The notes under the pieces were generated by a model, which was not told where the DNA came from, made no database searches, and saw nothing but the letters and a program-made list of their open reading frames with translations. Shown in pieces: positions 1 through 8,167 of a stretch of 64,000 bases of DNA. Position 1 is the first letter of the stretch. Each line of letters begins with the position of its first letter. The stretch comes from Patescibacteria group bacterium (GTDB lineage: Bacteria > Patescibacteriota > Patescibacteriia > UBA9570 > JAHJKD01), in assembly GCA_041660885.1 (NCBI GenBank), contig JBAZVM010000001.1, positions 38,698 to 102,697 of the forward strand. The letters run 5' to 3'. The translations under genes were made by a program, and so were the position numbers.

Positions 1-794
1 TCGCCGCTGCCGATTTCCGGCACTTCTTCTGAAAACAAAGCTTTTACCAAATCAGCGTGCGCTCTTGAGGCGAGCATTTCCGGGCCTTTATTGGTTTTGG
101 CTACGGAAAGTAATAAAACTTTCAAGCGCTGGCCGGAGTAATAAGTTTCTCTGGGAATCTGCTCTTGGGGCGGCAACATGGATACGGCTTGGCCGAGGTC
201 GATAAACACCATGCGGCCTTCCACGCGCTGCACCACGCCGTTAACCACTTCGCCGGAGCGATCTTTATATAAATTGTATAAAGTTTCTCTTTCCGCTTCG
301 CGCAATTTTTGGATGATTACTTGCTTGGCGGTTTGCGCGGCCATGCGGCCATAGCCGGTTGGAGTTTTCAATTCGGTTTTTAGCTCATCGGCCTCTTTGG
401 CGTCTTTCTTTTTCTTTTTCGCTTCAGTTAAAGTAATATCCGTTTTTGGATTGAAGCGTTTCTTTTTTTCCACTTCCTCGCCCGCGTCTTGCTTCTTTTT
501 CGCTTCTTCTCGCTCCTTGGCAAGAATCTCATCTCGTTCTTCCTGGCTTAATTCCTTTTCTTTTTCATATTCTTCGAAGAGTTCGTCCGCCACCACGGTT
601 AAAACCTCGTACAAGCGGGAAGAGCCGTTGTTGGGGTTGAACTCGGCGCGGATGTCGTACCCTTTTTTAGAAAATTCTTTGCGATAGGCCACGGCCAAAG
701 CGCTTTCAATGGTTTCGATAACCGAAGCAAAGGGAATGCCCTTTTCTTCGCATATCTGCTTAATGGCGGCGCCTAATTCGGAAACGTCTGTCAT
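1..794 (-). CDS. nusA: Transcription termination/antitermination factor NusA, N-terminal portion (gene continues past the left edge)
   Basis: Absent from the ORF track because it is open at the window edge. Reverse-strand translation from ATG at 794 reads MTDVSELGAAIKQICEEKGIPFASVIETIESALAVAYRK ... GRMAAQTAKQVIIQKLREAERE ... GEVVNGVVQRVEGRMVFIDLGQAVSMLPPQEQIPRETYYSGQRLKVLLLSV ... SRAHADLVKALFSEEVPEI. This is the NusA N-terminal domain plus S1 domain pattern, with a Lys/Glu-rich stretch in between. Confidence 0.85.
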   Translation of the reverse strand, partial: MTDVSELGAAIKQICEEKGIPFASVIETIESALAVAYRKEFSKKGYDIRAEFNPNNGSSRLYEVLTVVADELFEEYEKEKELSQEERDEILAKEREEAKKKQDAGEEVEKKKRFNPKTDITLTEAKKKKKDAKEADELKTELKTPTGYGRMAAQTAKQVIIQKLREAERETLYNLYKDRSGEVVNGVVQRVEGRMVFIDLGQAVSMLPPQEQIPRETYYSGQRLKVLLLSVAKTNKGPEMLASRAHADLVKALFSEEVPEIGSG

Positions 795-924
795 AAAATA
801 TTTAGGTTATTTTTTAAGAAAAATAAAAACTAGTATATTGTGTATACTTGTCTATGTAAAAAACTATACAGGAAATTATAATGTCTGTCAAATATATAAG
901 TTAAAATTTTTTATCAATTATAAT

Positions 925-1932
925 TTAATGTATTTTTTCCCACTCTTGATAAGTGCTTGCCTGATATTCAACGTTCCCCAATCCATTCGGGTTAAAGCCG
1001 TTAATTAATTCCTCGCCATCTTTGTATCCATCGTTATCCGTGTCATCAACATCTTTCTCTAAACCCATCATAGTTTCGGCAGAATCTAATAAACCATCAT
1101 AATCTTTATCGCGCAATTGATATTCTGAAGACATATCTTGCAATAAAATTTCTTTGTTATCTGCAAAATTTAAATCTGTATGCTTTATTAATTCAATATA
1201 ATTTAAAATACCATCATTGTCAGTATCTATCATGGCAAAGCTCTCGTACATTAAACTTAATACATCGATATTTTTATTATCATTGCTGGAAGCATCCTCA
1301 ACAGCAGAATAAGGATATAATGGTCTTTTATACTCACAATTTTTAGATGTTTCCACCAAGAAAAAGCAGATATTATTATTTTGAGAGGCATTTTCATTTT
1401 TATTTTCTAAATTAAGATTACTGCTATTTTCGTTATTTAATAAAGAACCAGAAAAGGCGATGAGATCTGATGTCGAATTCTGAAAAAAATAAATTTGAGT
1501 AATTCTAATTATTGAATCATCAAGGCTTTTTAATTTACAACCAATCTCTACCTCTTTTCCTGATGGTACTTTTAATGTTAGTTTTTCTAAAAAAGAATCT
1601 TTATTGACTTTTTGTTGAGAATTTATTGATGCTAAAAAATTTTTAATATTATCATAACTGTCATTAAATGATATCTGAATTATTTCTTCTTTAATATCTC
1701 CTGCTTCACTAATTTCATTAATACATTGTTGATATTCCTCTTCATTATAATTCCATTCCAAAGGTATAGATAGCTGTTCCCCTGATACATCGGTTAAATC
1801 TTGCTCAGATTTTGAAAGAGGTAAAATATAAGTACGAAAATAGGGATAGCATAAAATTCCCCCGACCAAAATAAAAAATGCTAAACCAACTAATATGCCG
1901 ATAAATAATTTGCTCAAACCTTTATGATTCAT
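925..1932 (-). CDS. Hypothetical membrane-anchored protein with C-terminal Asp-rich calcium-binding-type repeats
   Basis: 335-aa ORF. N-terminal hydrophobic helix LFIGILVGLAFFILVGGILCY. C-terminal DTDNDGILNYIE, DKDYDGLLDSAE and DDTDNDGYKDGEE (DxDxDG loops as in thrombospondin type-3 / EF-hand / dockerin-like repeats). Confidence 0.6.
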   Translation of the reverse strand: MNHKGLSKLFIGILVGLAFFILVGGILCYPYFRTYILPLSKSEQDLTDVSGEQLSIPLEWNYNEEEYQQCINEISEAGDIKEEIIQISFNDSYDNIKNFLASINSQQKVNKDSFLEKLTLKVPSGKEVEIGCKLKSLDDSIIRITQIYFFQNSTSDLIAFSGSLLNNENSSNLNLENKNENASQNNNICFFLVETSKNCEYKRPLYPYSAVEDASSNDNKNIDVLSLMYESFAMIDTDNDGILNYIELIKHTDLNFADNKEILLQDMSSEYQLRDKDYDGLLDSAETMMGLEKDVDDTDNDGYKDGEELINGFNPNGLGNVEYQASTYQEWEKIH

Positions 1933-2006
1933 CTTATCAAAGAGATAAATTAATTAAATAAATAATACATTATGACTTGTTTACTGTCAAAATAAATTCA
2001 GTGAGA

Positions 2007-2369
2007 TTAGAAAAAAATATTAGGAAAAAAACGCACCTGCGCTTTGTTTAAAACGGTGTCGTAAAGAATGGCTAAAACATCTATCTGGTAGACCGCTTTA
2101 AAATTATTTTGGCTAAGATAAATAGCCACCGCTCTTTTGGCTCGGCGATATTTTCCCCATGTAATGGCTTCTTCCGGCCGGCCTCTATTTAGATTGGTTC
2201 GGGTTTTTACTTCTATAAAATGCAGGCGATCATCTTTTTCCGCGATAATATCTATTTCCCCCCAACGGGTATAAAAATTTCTATCAATAATAATAAAATT
2301 TTTCTGCTCTAAATATTTAATGGCGATTTTCTCGCCGACTTTTCCCAAATATTGATTGTATTTTTGCAT
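2007..2369 (-). CDS. YraN family (UPF0102) predicted endonuclease
   Basis: 120 aa. GEKIAIKYLEQKNFIIIDRNF...GEIDIIAEKDDRLHFIEVKTR matches the YraN/UPF0102 restriction-endonuclease-like core. Confidence 0.8.
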   Translation of the reverse strand: MQKYNQYLGKVGEKIAIKYLEQKNFIIIDRNFYTRWGEIDIIAEKDDRLHFIEVKTRTNLNRGRPEEAITWGKYRRAKRAVAIYLSQNNFKAVYQIDVLAILYDTVLNKAQVRFFPNIFF

Positions 2370-2459
2370 ATATTTTTTACAAATAAAAAAAGGCTCGCTC
2401 GCCTTTTATAAATCTCCGTTACAGGCGCATTGCAATGCGCCTCTACAGATATTAAAACA

Positions 2460-3041
2460 TTATTTCACAAAAATCAAACCCCAATGGCATTTGCCCGCGT
2501 CAAACTCATCTTGCAGCCGCATACCCAATTGCCCTTCCGCTATCTGTTTAATAGATTCAGGATTTATACGCCTATCCATAGCCGGACCAATAGGAGAATC
2601 TTGATTCTTTTTCCAATCTATTATTGCCAAACGGCCCCCCGGTTTTAATACTCTCATGGCTTCTTTAATAATTTCCGCCTGCTTTTTTGATTGAAACAGT
2701 ACGGTTACTATAAAAGCTACATCCACACTGTTATCGGCTATGGCTTTGGCCGCGCCGTATATTTCCAAATTTGTCCAAACAGGGCGGACATTTTTAAACC
2801 CGTACATGGCGGCTTTGGTCATTACCGCGGGAAGAAGGCTCTTTACCACATCTGCGGCGTAAACTATGCCGTCTTCACCTACCAACTTAGCCGCGGCTAA
2901 AGCCATGCGGGCTTCTCGGCCGGTGCCTAAATCGGCCACGGTGTATCCGTGCTTGATATCCAGCCTTTTCAAGATGGCCGGCACATTAAACATTACTGTA
3001 TTATAGGGCATGGGTATATTATATAAAAATAACCCGCACAT
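2460..3041 (-). CDS. Class I SAM-dependent methyltransferase
   Basis: VADLGTGREARMALAAAKLVG (motif I GxGxG-like), VDVAFIVTVLFQ, LKPGGRLAIIDW. The track start at 3041 lies inside a repeated palindromic element. The internal ATG at 3011 (MPYNTVMFNV...) sits 6 nt after a TATAAT on the minus strand and is the more likely start. Confidence 0.75.
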   Translation of the reverse strand: MCGLFLYNIPMPYNTVMFNVPAILKRLDIKHGYTVADLGTGREARMALAAAKLVGEDGIVYAADVVKSLLPAVMTKAAMYGFKNVRPVWTNLEIYGAAKAIADNSVDVAFIVTVLFQSKKQAEIIKEAMRVLKPGGRLAIIDWKKNQDSPIGPAMDRRINPESIKQIAEGQLGMRLQDEFDAGKCHWGLIFVK

Positions 3042-3049
3042 GTAAAATA
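3012..3049. repeat. Partial copy (C) of the repeated hairpin/promoter element seen at 5555-5645 and 6811-6909
   Basis: gggtatattatataaaaataacccgcacatgtaaaat compared with gggtattatataaaaataacccacacatgtaaaatgtgg at 6811-6848. The second hairpin arm is degenerate in this copy. Confidence 0.6.
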
Positions 3050-3164
3050 TGAGACTTTTATATCCTTACAATATACAGATAAATCCTTTTTTAACATGCG
3101 AGTTATTGATTAGTATTTATCTATGTTATAATAAATAAATTAATAATGATTATTCTATTATTTC

Positions 3165-5510
3165 ATGAAAAAAATATTATTATTCCTCCTTCTCGCTTTC
3201 CCCTTAGCCACCTTTTCCCAAGAAGAATACAGTTTGTCTTTGTTTGAAGAGTTTACCGGAGAAGCGGTTGGTGATTATGCCGGAATATCTTCTTGTACTG
3301 GAGATTTTAATAATGACGGGTATAATGATATTATAATAAGTGCAAATAATAATGATGAAACAGGCGTTAGTGCCGGTTCTGCATACTTGATTTATGGCCA
3401 AGCCGATGGGTTGGCCGGCGTCTCTTTATCTGAAGCAGATGCACGATTTCTCGGTACAGCTGCCGGAGATCAAACAGGCGAGAATGTATCTTCTGCCGGA
3501 GATGTTAATAACGACGGCTATGATGATTTTTTAATAAGTGCAACATACCACGATGACAGCGCTGCGAATGCCGGCGCGGTTTATCTTATTTACGGTCAAG
3601 CCGCATCTTACACAGGTGATATCAGTTTAACTAATGCAGACGCGGAATTTCTTGGTGAAGGCGCGGGCGATAGAGTCTCGAATAGTTATTATCCTGCCGG
3701 AGATGTTAATAACGATGGCTACGATGATTTTGTTTTTGGAACCTACGGTAACGATGAAAGCGGATCAAATGCCGGCGCAGTTTATTTAATCTACGGCCAA
3801 GCCACGCCTTATTCCGGTACTATCAGTTTAGCCGACGCAGATGTAAAATTTACCGGTGAAGTAGCTGGTGATGGTGCTGACGCTGCCTCTACTACCGCGG
3901 ATGTGAATAATGATGGCTATAATGATATTTTAATTGGTGCAAGCGGCAATGAAGGTGCTGGCTCGGTTTATTTTTTTTACGGCGGGCAAGGAACACCTTA
4001 TTCTGGCACTATCAGTTTAACCGCAGCGGATGCGAAATTTACTGGTGAAGTTGTTGATGACGGTGCCGGTTATTCTGTTTCGACCGCCGGAGATGTAAAC
4101 AACGATGGTTATGACGATATTTTAATAGGTGCACCTTATTATAATACTTCTGCCGGCGCAGTTTATTTAATCTACGGCCAAGCCACACCTTTTTCTGGTA
4201 CTTTCAGCCTGACTGATGCGGACGCACAATTTACCGGTGAAGAAGATTGGGAATATGCATGCGATTATTTTTCATCGGCTGGAGATGTCAATAACGATGG
4301 TTATAATGATATTTTAATTAGTTCAACTGATAATAATGGTACTGGCGCCTCCTATCTTATTTATGGACAAGAAATCCCATATTCCGGTACACATATCCTG
4401 GATGATTATGCAGAATTAAAATTTACAGGTGAAGCGATAGGAGATATTGCTGGCAGGACCCCTTCTGCCGGAGATATTAATAATGATGGTTTTGATGATA
4501 TATTAATTGGGACAATACGTAATGGTGACGCTGGCTACTGGGCCGGTGCCGCCTATCTCGGTTACCTCTACATGGATAACGACCACGACGGTCTTCTTGG
4601 TCCTTCTATTCTCTCTACCGGTACCGACACCAATGATAATGATCATGATAATGATGGAATAGAAACAGATATAGACTGTAATGATGATGATATTAATGTT
4701 TTAGGTAAAGTAAACTATTATCAAGATTTAGATAATGATGGTTTAGGTAATAATGAAGTAGATTTATTAAGTTGTACCGTAATAACTGGGTATGTCACTA
4801 ATAATACGGATATTAACGATATTGATCATGATAATGACGGGGTAAACACACTAAATGATTGTAATGACGATGATAATACCATTTCAGAAGAAGAAACATA
4901 CTATAAAGACGGAGATAATGATAATAGAGGCAATCCTGATAAAACTTTATCTCTTTGTTCAAACACGGCTCCTGAAGGATATGTAGCTAATGATTATGAG
5001 AAGTATAATGAAGACGCGGTATACGTAAGAGGAACCAAGAAAGGAGCAGGTGTCGTTAGCCTTTATGATATTAACAATGCTAAGCTAAATCATTGGAAAG
5101 CTTTTTACAAAGGAGGAGTAATAGCCAGACTTGTTACAATAAAGAACGCTACCTATGTTTTAGCCATAAAAAGAAGATCCGGTTCTACTATGCATATGTA
5201 TAATACCAATGGAGATATTCTAAAGAAGGAAAGGCTATCACCGAGATTACATTGGAGAAAACCCGCCATAGGCAATTTAGACAACCAAACAAACACCGAA
5301 GAAATAGTAATATCGGCCCAAAGAGGAGAAACAGTTTATTTTAGAGTATATAGCTTTAATCCTACCAAAAATACCTTTACCTTAGAAAAACAAACCAGTT
5401 ACCAATACCTAAACAAAGACTACCGAGTAGAAATACAAGATAAGCATGTAGTAGTGCTTCTTAACCATATTGGCAAGAAAGTGTTTTCCTGGATGCCGTT
5501 TGAGGAATAA
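3165..5510 (+). CDS. Secreted FG-GAP (integrin-alpha-like) 7-blade propeller protein with Cys/Asp-rich metal-binding-type repeats and a conserved C-terminal module
   Basis: Signal peptide MKKILLFLLLAFPLATFSQ. Seven repeats of the type GDVNNDGYDDxLI...AGAVYLIYGQ. Then DNDHDG / DCNDDD...DNDGLG repeats at roughly aa 470-600. C-terminal 159 aa (nt 5031-5507) are homologous to the C-termini of the 28898 and 33667 proteins. Confidence 0.8.
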   Translation: MKKILLFLLLAFPLATFSQEEYSLSLFEEFTGEAVGDYAGISSCTGDFNNDGYNDIIISANNNDETGVSAGSAYLIYGQADGLAGVSLSEADARFLGTAAGDQTGENVSSAGDVNNDGYDDFLISATYHDDSAANAGAVYLIYGQAASYTGDISLTNADAEFLGEGAGDRVSNSYYPAGDVNNDGYDDFVFGTYGNDESGSNAGAVYLIYGQATPYSGTISLADADVKFTGEVAGDGADAASTTADVNNDGYNDILIGASGNEGAGSVYFFYGGQGTPYSGTISLTAADAKFTGEVVDDGAGYSVSTAGDVNNDGYDDILIGAPYYNTSAGAVYLIYGQATPFSGTFSLTDADAQFTGEEDWEYACDYFSSAGDVNNDGYNDILISSTDNNGTGASYLIYGQEIPYSGTHILDDYAELKFTGEAIGDIAGRTPSAGDINNDGFDDILIGTIRNGDAGYWAGAAYLGYLYMDNDHDGLLGPSILSTGTDTNDNDHDNDGIETDIDCNDDDINVLGKVNYYQDLDNDGLGNNEVDLLSCTVITGYVTNNTDINDIDHDNDGVNTLNDCNDDDNTISEEETYYKDGDNDNRGNPDKTLSLCSNTAPEGYVANDYEKYNEDAVYVRGTKKGAGVVSLYDINNAKLNHWKAFYKGGVIARLVTIKNATYVLAIKRRSGSTMHMYNTNGDILKKERLSPRLHWRKPAIGNLDNQTNTEEIVISAQRGETVYFRVYSFNPTKNTFTLEKQTSYQYLNKDYRVEIQDKHVVVLLNHIGKKVFSWMPFEE

Positions 5511-5527
5511 GAAAATTATAAAACAAA

Positions 5528-5549
5528 ATACCCCGCTTGAGCGGGGTAT
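5528..5549 (-). terminator. Rho-independent terminator hairpin between convergent genes
   Basis: ataccccgc-ttga-gcggggtat. On the minus strand it is followed by TTTTGTTTT. It lies downstream of both the 3165-5510 (+) and 5651-6781 (-) genes. Confidence 0.6.
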
Positions 5550-5554
5550 TCTAG

Positions 5555-5645
5555 ATAAAAATAACCCACACATGTAAAATGTGGGGTTATTTTTTATTAT
5601 ATAGAACGCAGATAACCCCATGTTTTACACATGTGGGTTATCGAT
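5555..5645. repeat. Copy A of a ~90-nt double-hairpin intergenic repeat
   Basis: ataaaaataacccacacatgtaaaatgtggggttattttt, about 10 variable nt, then acgcagataaccccatgttttacacatgtgggttatcgat. Near-identical to 6820-6909. Both halves are imperfect inverted repeats built on TAACCC(C)ACAT / ATGTGGG(G)TTA arms. Confidence 0.8.
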
Positions 5646-5650
5646 AAATA

Positions 5651-6781
5651 CTAGTTCACCTTCAATGTTTGTTTCGTGCTGTTTATTCCAGCGCATTTGG
5701 CCTTAAAGTAATATGTACCTTTGGCCATGTTTTTCGCTTTTGGCTTAAATTTATATAAATAATAGCCGGTATTATCGGTATAGACGGTGTCTACTAAAGT
5801 ATAGGAATCATCACCTTTTAATTTTCTATAAATTTTTACCGCTTTATTTTTAAAGCTGGTCTTTTTCCAACCATACATCTTGGCATAATTGCCTCTTAGC
5901 ACGGTTTTCTTTTTAAACGCGGCGCTTAAATCTTCTTTTTCTTTCGTTTCCACGCTTTTTGTGACCGTACCAGTAGACAAAGCTGAAGCTGTTGTGGTGT
6001 TGCCTGTGCTAAAAGTAATGCCAATGTCTATATACGCACCGCCGGCAGCCGTGGTTGTAACGCTGGTCGTGGCTTGGGCGTCATCTATGAAGACGGCTAA
6101 ATCCTCAGCAGTGATCGTGGTGCTGGACATCGTGCCCATTAAATTTAACATGGTTTGCGGCATATACATCTTAAAGAATCCCGATACGCCGGAAGGACCG
6201 TCTAGAGTTAAGCCAAAACCGAATTCATCCGGACCAGATGGAGGAGTGATTTGGAATTCCTGCACCGTAGTGGAAATGTATCCGCCGGACATAGAGGCCG
6301 GGGGACCGGAAGATGTTGGGTTTTGCATGGAAGGATCGGCGCCAACGGCTATAAAAACCATTACAAAATCTTTATCCGCTTCAGCGTCGCCATCCGGTAC
6401 GTAAAAAGTTCCGGTTGTTCCTGTATAGGAATAGGTGTAAGAAGTAGTGCTGTTTTGCGTTACTGTAAAAGTATCGTGATCGATTTCAAAACCAGCGGTC
6501 ATTAACATGGGCGCGCCCAGCAATTCGGTGTCTGAAGTTACGGTACAAGAAACAGTATAAGTAGGAACTGCGGTATCAGCCGTATAAACATATCCTACTA
6601 CGTCTTCTACCACCAATGGGTTTGGGGAATTAGATGGAGGATCAAAAGAAACTACCATATCGGTAGCATCGCTTGATGTTACAGTGCAAGTGGTATCCAT
6701 TGCCGCGTTCGTTGTTTGCGGCAATAGGCACAGGCACATCGCCCCCATAAAAAACATGCTGAGAAGAAGATGTTTTTTCAT
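5651..6781 (-). CDS. Secreted Thr/Ser-rich hypothetical protein with a basic beta-sandwich-like C-terminal domain
   Basis: Signal peptide MKKHLLLSMFFMGAMCLCLLPQTTNAA. T/S-rich body. The C-terminus VKIYRKLKGDDSYTLVDTVYTDNTGYYLYKFKP...GTYYFKAKCAG resembles carboxypeptidase-regulatory-like / Cna-B-like folds. Bracketed by repeat copies A and B. Confidence 0.6.
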   Translation of the reverse strand: MKKHLLLSMFFMGAMCLCLLPQTTNAAMDTTCTVTSSDATDMVVSFDPPSNSPNPLVVEDVVGYVYTADTAVPTYTVSCTVTSDTELLGAPMLMTAGFEIDHDTFTVTQNSTTSYTYSYTGTTGTFYVPDGDAEADKDFVMVFIAVGADPSMQNPTSSGPPASMSGGYISTTVQEFQITPPSGPDEFGFGLTLDGPSGVSGFFKMYMPQTMLNLMGTMSSTTITAEDLAVFIDDAQATTSVTTTAAGGAYIDIGITFSTGNTTTASALSTGTVTKSVETKEKEDLSAAFKKKTVLRGNYAKMYGWKKTSFKNKAVKIYRKLKGDDSYTLVDTVYTDNTGYYLYKFKPKAKNMAKGTYYFKAKCAGINSTKQTLKVN

Positions 6782-6810
6782 GGTTTTTTTAGTTTTAATT
6801 ATTATCTAAT

Positions 6811-6909
6811 GGGTATTATATAAAAATAACCCACACATGTAAAATGTGGGGTTATTTTTATCTCATGGTACGCAGATAACCCCATGTTTTGCACATGTGG
6901 GTTATCGAT
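6811..6909. repeat. Copy B of the ~90-nt double-hairpin intergenic repeat, with a putative minus-strand -10 box
   Basis: Same two hairpins as 5555-5645. On the minus strand the element ends in TTATTTTTATATAATACCC (TATAAT = 6815-6820), about 34 nt upstream of the ATG at 6781. Confidence 0.8.
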
Positions 6910-6911
6910 TG

Positions 6912-8150
6912 TTAAAACCTTCTGGCTTTTTGCGCGGCAGCGATGCGGCCCGCGGCTACTATGTAGGCGGCCGTGCGGATATCGGTATTATACTTTTCGT
7001 GAGCTTGCCAAATCTCGTTGAAATTATTCACCATAATCGGTTTTAATTTCGCCAAGACTTCTTCTTCGGTCCAATAATAATTATACGCGTTCTGCACGCC
7101 TTCAAAATAGGAAACAGTTACGCCGCCGGCATTAGATAAAATATCCGGCACCAATAAAATTCCTTTTTTATTGAATTTTTCATCTGCTTCCGGCGTGGTG
7201 GGGCCGTTAGCTAATTCCACAATGGCTTTGGCTTTTACTTTACCCGCGTTTTCTTTGGTGAGTACGTTTTCCAAAGCAGCCGGAATTAAAATATCGCAAG
7301 GAATGCTAAAAATTTGCTTATTCGTAATATTTTTTGAGCCTTCAAAATCCATAACGGATCCGGTTTTCTTTTTGTGAGCTAAAACTTTTTTCGGGTCTAA
7401 ACCTTTGTCGCTGAAAATTCCACCCTTGGAATCGGAAACCGCGATAATATTATAGCCAGCTTTGGCTAAAATGGAAACCATATATGAGCCGGCATTGCCG
7501 AATCCTTGGATGACCACTTTCGCGCCTTTCTTTAGACCCATTTTCTTGGCCAGTTCAAAAACTATGTAAGCTCCGCCTTGAGCGGTCGCGTAGCCACGGC
7601 CTTGGGATCCGCCAATTTCCACTGGTTTACCGGTAATAACGCCAGGCAGATATTCTCCTTTAATTTTGCAATACTCGTCCATCATCCAAGCCATAATTTT
7701 CGGATTGGTATAAACATCCGGCGCCGGAATATCAATCGTCGGGCCGATATCCTTGGCCAAAGCTTGAATGAACCCGCGGGATAATCTTTCCAATTCTCCT
7801 TCGCTAAGTTCCCTATGATTGACGGTTACTCCGCCTTTGCTTCCGCCCATGGGAATGCCCACGGCCGCGCATTTGAATGTCATCCAAAAAGATAGCGCTT
7901 TTACTTCGTTAATTTCCGTTTGCGGATGAAAACGAATTCCTCCCTTAAAAGGACCGCGAGTATTATCATACTGCACGCGATAACCTTCAAACACTTTTAA
8001 AGAACCGTTATCCATACACACCGGTATGGAGATGTGTATCTCTCTCTTTGGTCTTTTTAAACGTTCGTGAACTTCGGGGTCCAAATTCATTAATTTGGCC
8101 GCTTTGTCTAGCTGCGCTAACGCGCTTTTGTAAGGATTGATTTTCGCCAT
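6912..8150 (-). CDS. gdhA: Glutamate dehydrogenase
   Basis: 412 aa. FEGYRVQYDNTRGPFKGGIRFHPQTEINEVKALSFWMTFKCAAVGIPMGGSKGGV carries the Glu/Leu/Phe/Val dehydrogenase active-site Lys motif. Rossmann motif VVIQGFGNAGS. Confidence 0.9.
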   Translation of the reverse strand: MAKINPYKSALAQLDKAAKLMNLDPEVHERLKRPKREIHISIPVCMDNGSLKVFEGYRVQYDNTRGPFKGGIRFHPQTEINEVKALSFWMTFKCAAVGIPMGGSKGGVTVNHRELSEGELERLSRGFIQALAKDIGPTIDIPAPDVYTNPKIMAWMMDEYCKIKGEYLPGVITGKPVEIGGSQGRGYATAQGGAYIVFELAKKMGLKKGAKVVIQGFGNAGSYMVSILAKAGYNIIAVSDSKGGIFSDKGLDPKKVLAHKKKTGSVMDFEGSKNITNKQIFSIPCDILIPAALENVLTKENAGKVKAKAIVELANGPTTPEADEKFNKKGILLVPDILSNAGGVTVSYFEGVQNAYNYYWTEEEVLAKLKPIMVNNFNEIWQAHEKYNTDIRTAAYIVAAGRIAAAQKARRF

Positions 8151-8167
8151 GTTCTCTTGATTAATGA

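Noticed and set aside
397-1008. Two + strand ORFs (397-687, 709-1008) with Phe/Ser-rich low-complexity translations
   Set aside because: They are antisense to the clearly recognisable nusA coding sequence and its promoter region. The poly-F/S text mirrors the K/E-rich NusA segment.
5409-5621. 70-aa minus-strand ORF spanning the end of the FG-GAP gene and repeat copy A
   Set aside because: Its central part (YMCGLFLSRIP) is just the translated palindromic repeat, and the same peptide appears at the false start of the methyltransferase ORF. It overlaps a well-supported gene.
5889-6505. + strand ORFs 5889-6404 and 6251-6505
   Set aside because: Antisense to the signal-peptide-bearing 5651-6781 gene. 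The Val/Ala-rich text is the mirror of its Thr/Ser-rich sequence.
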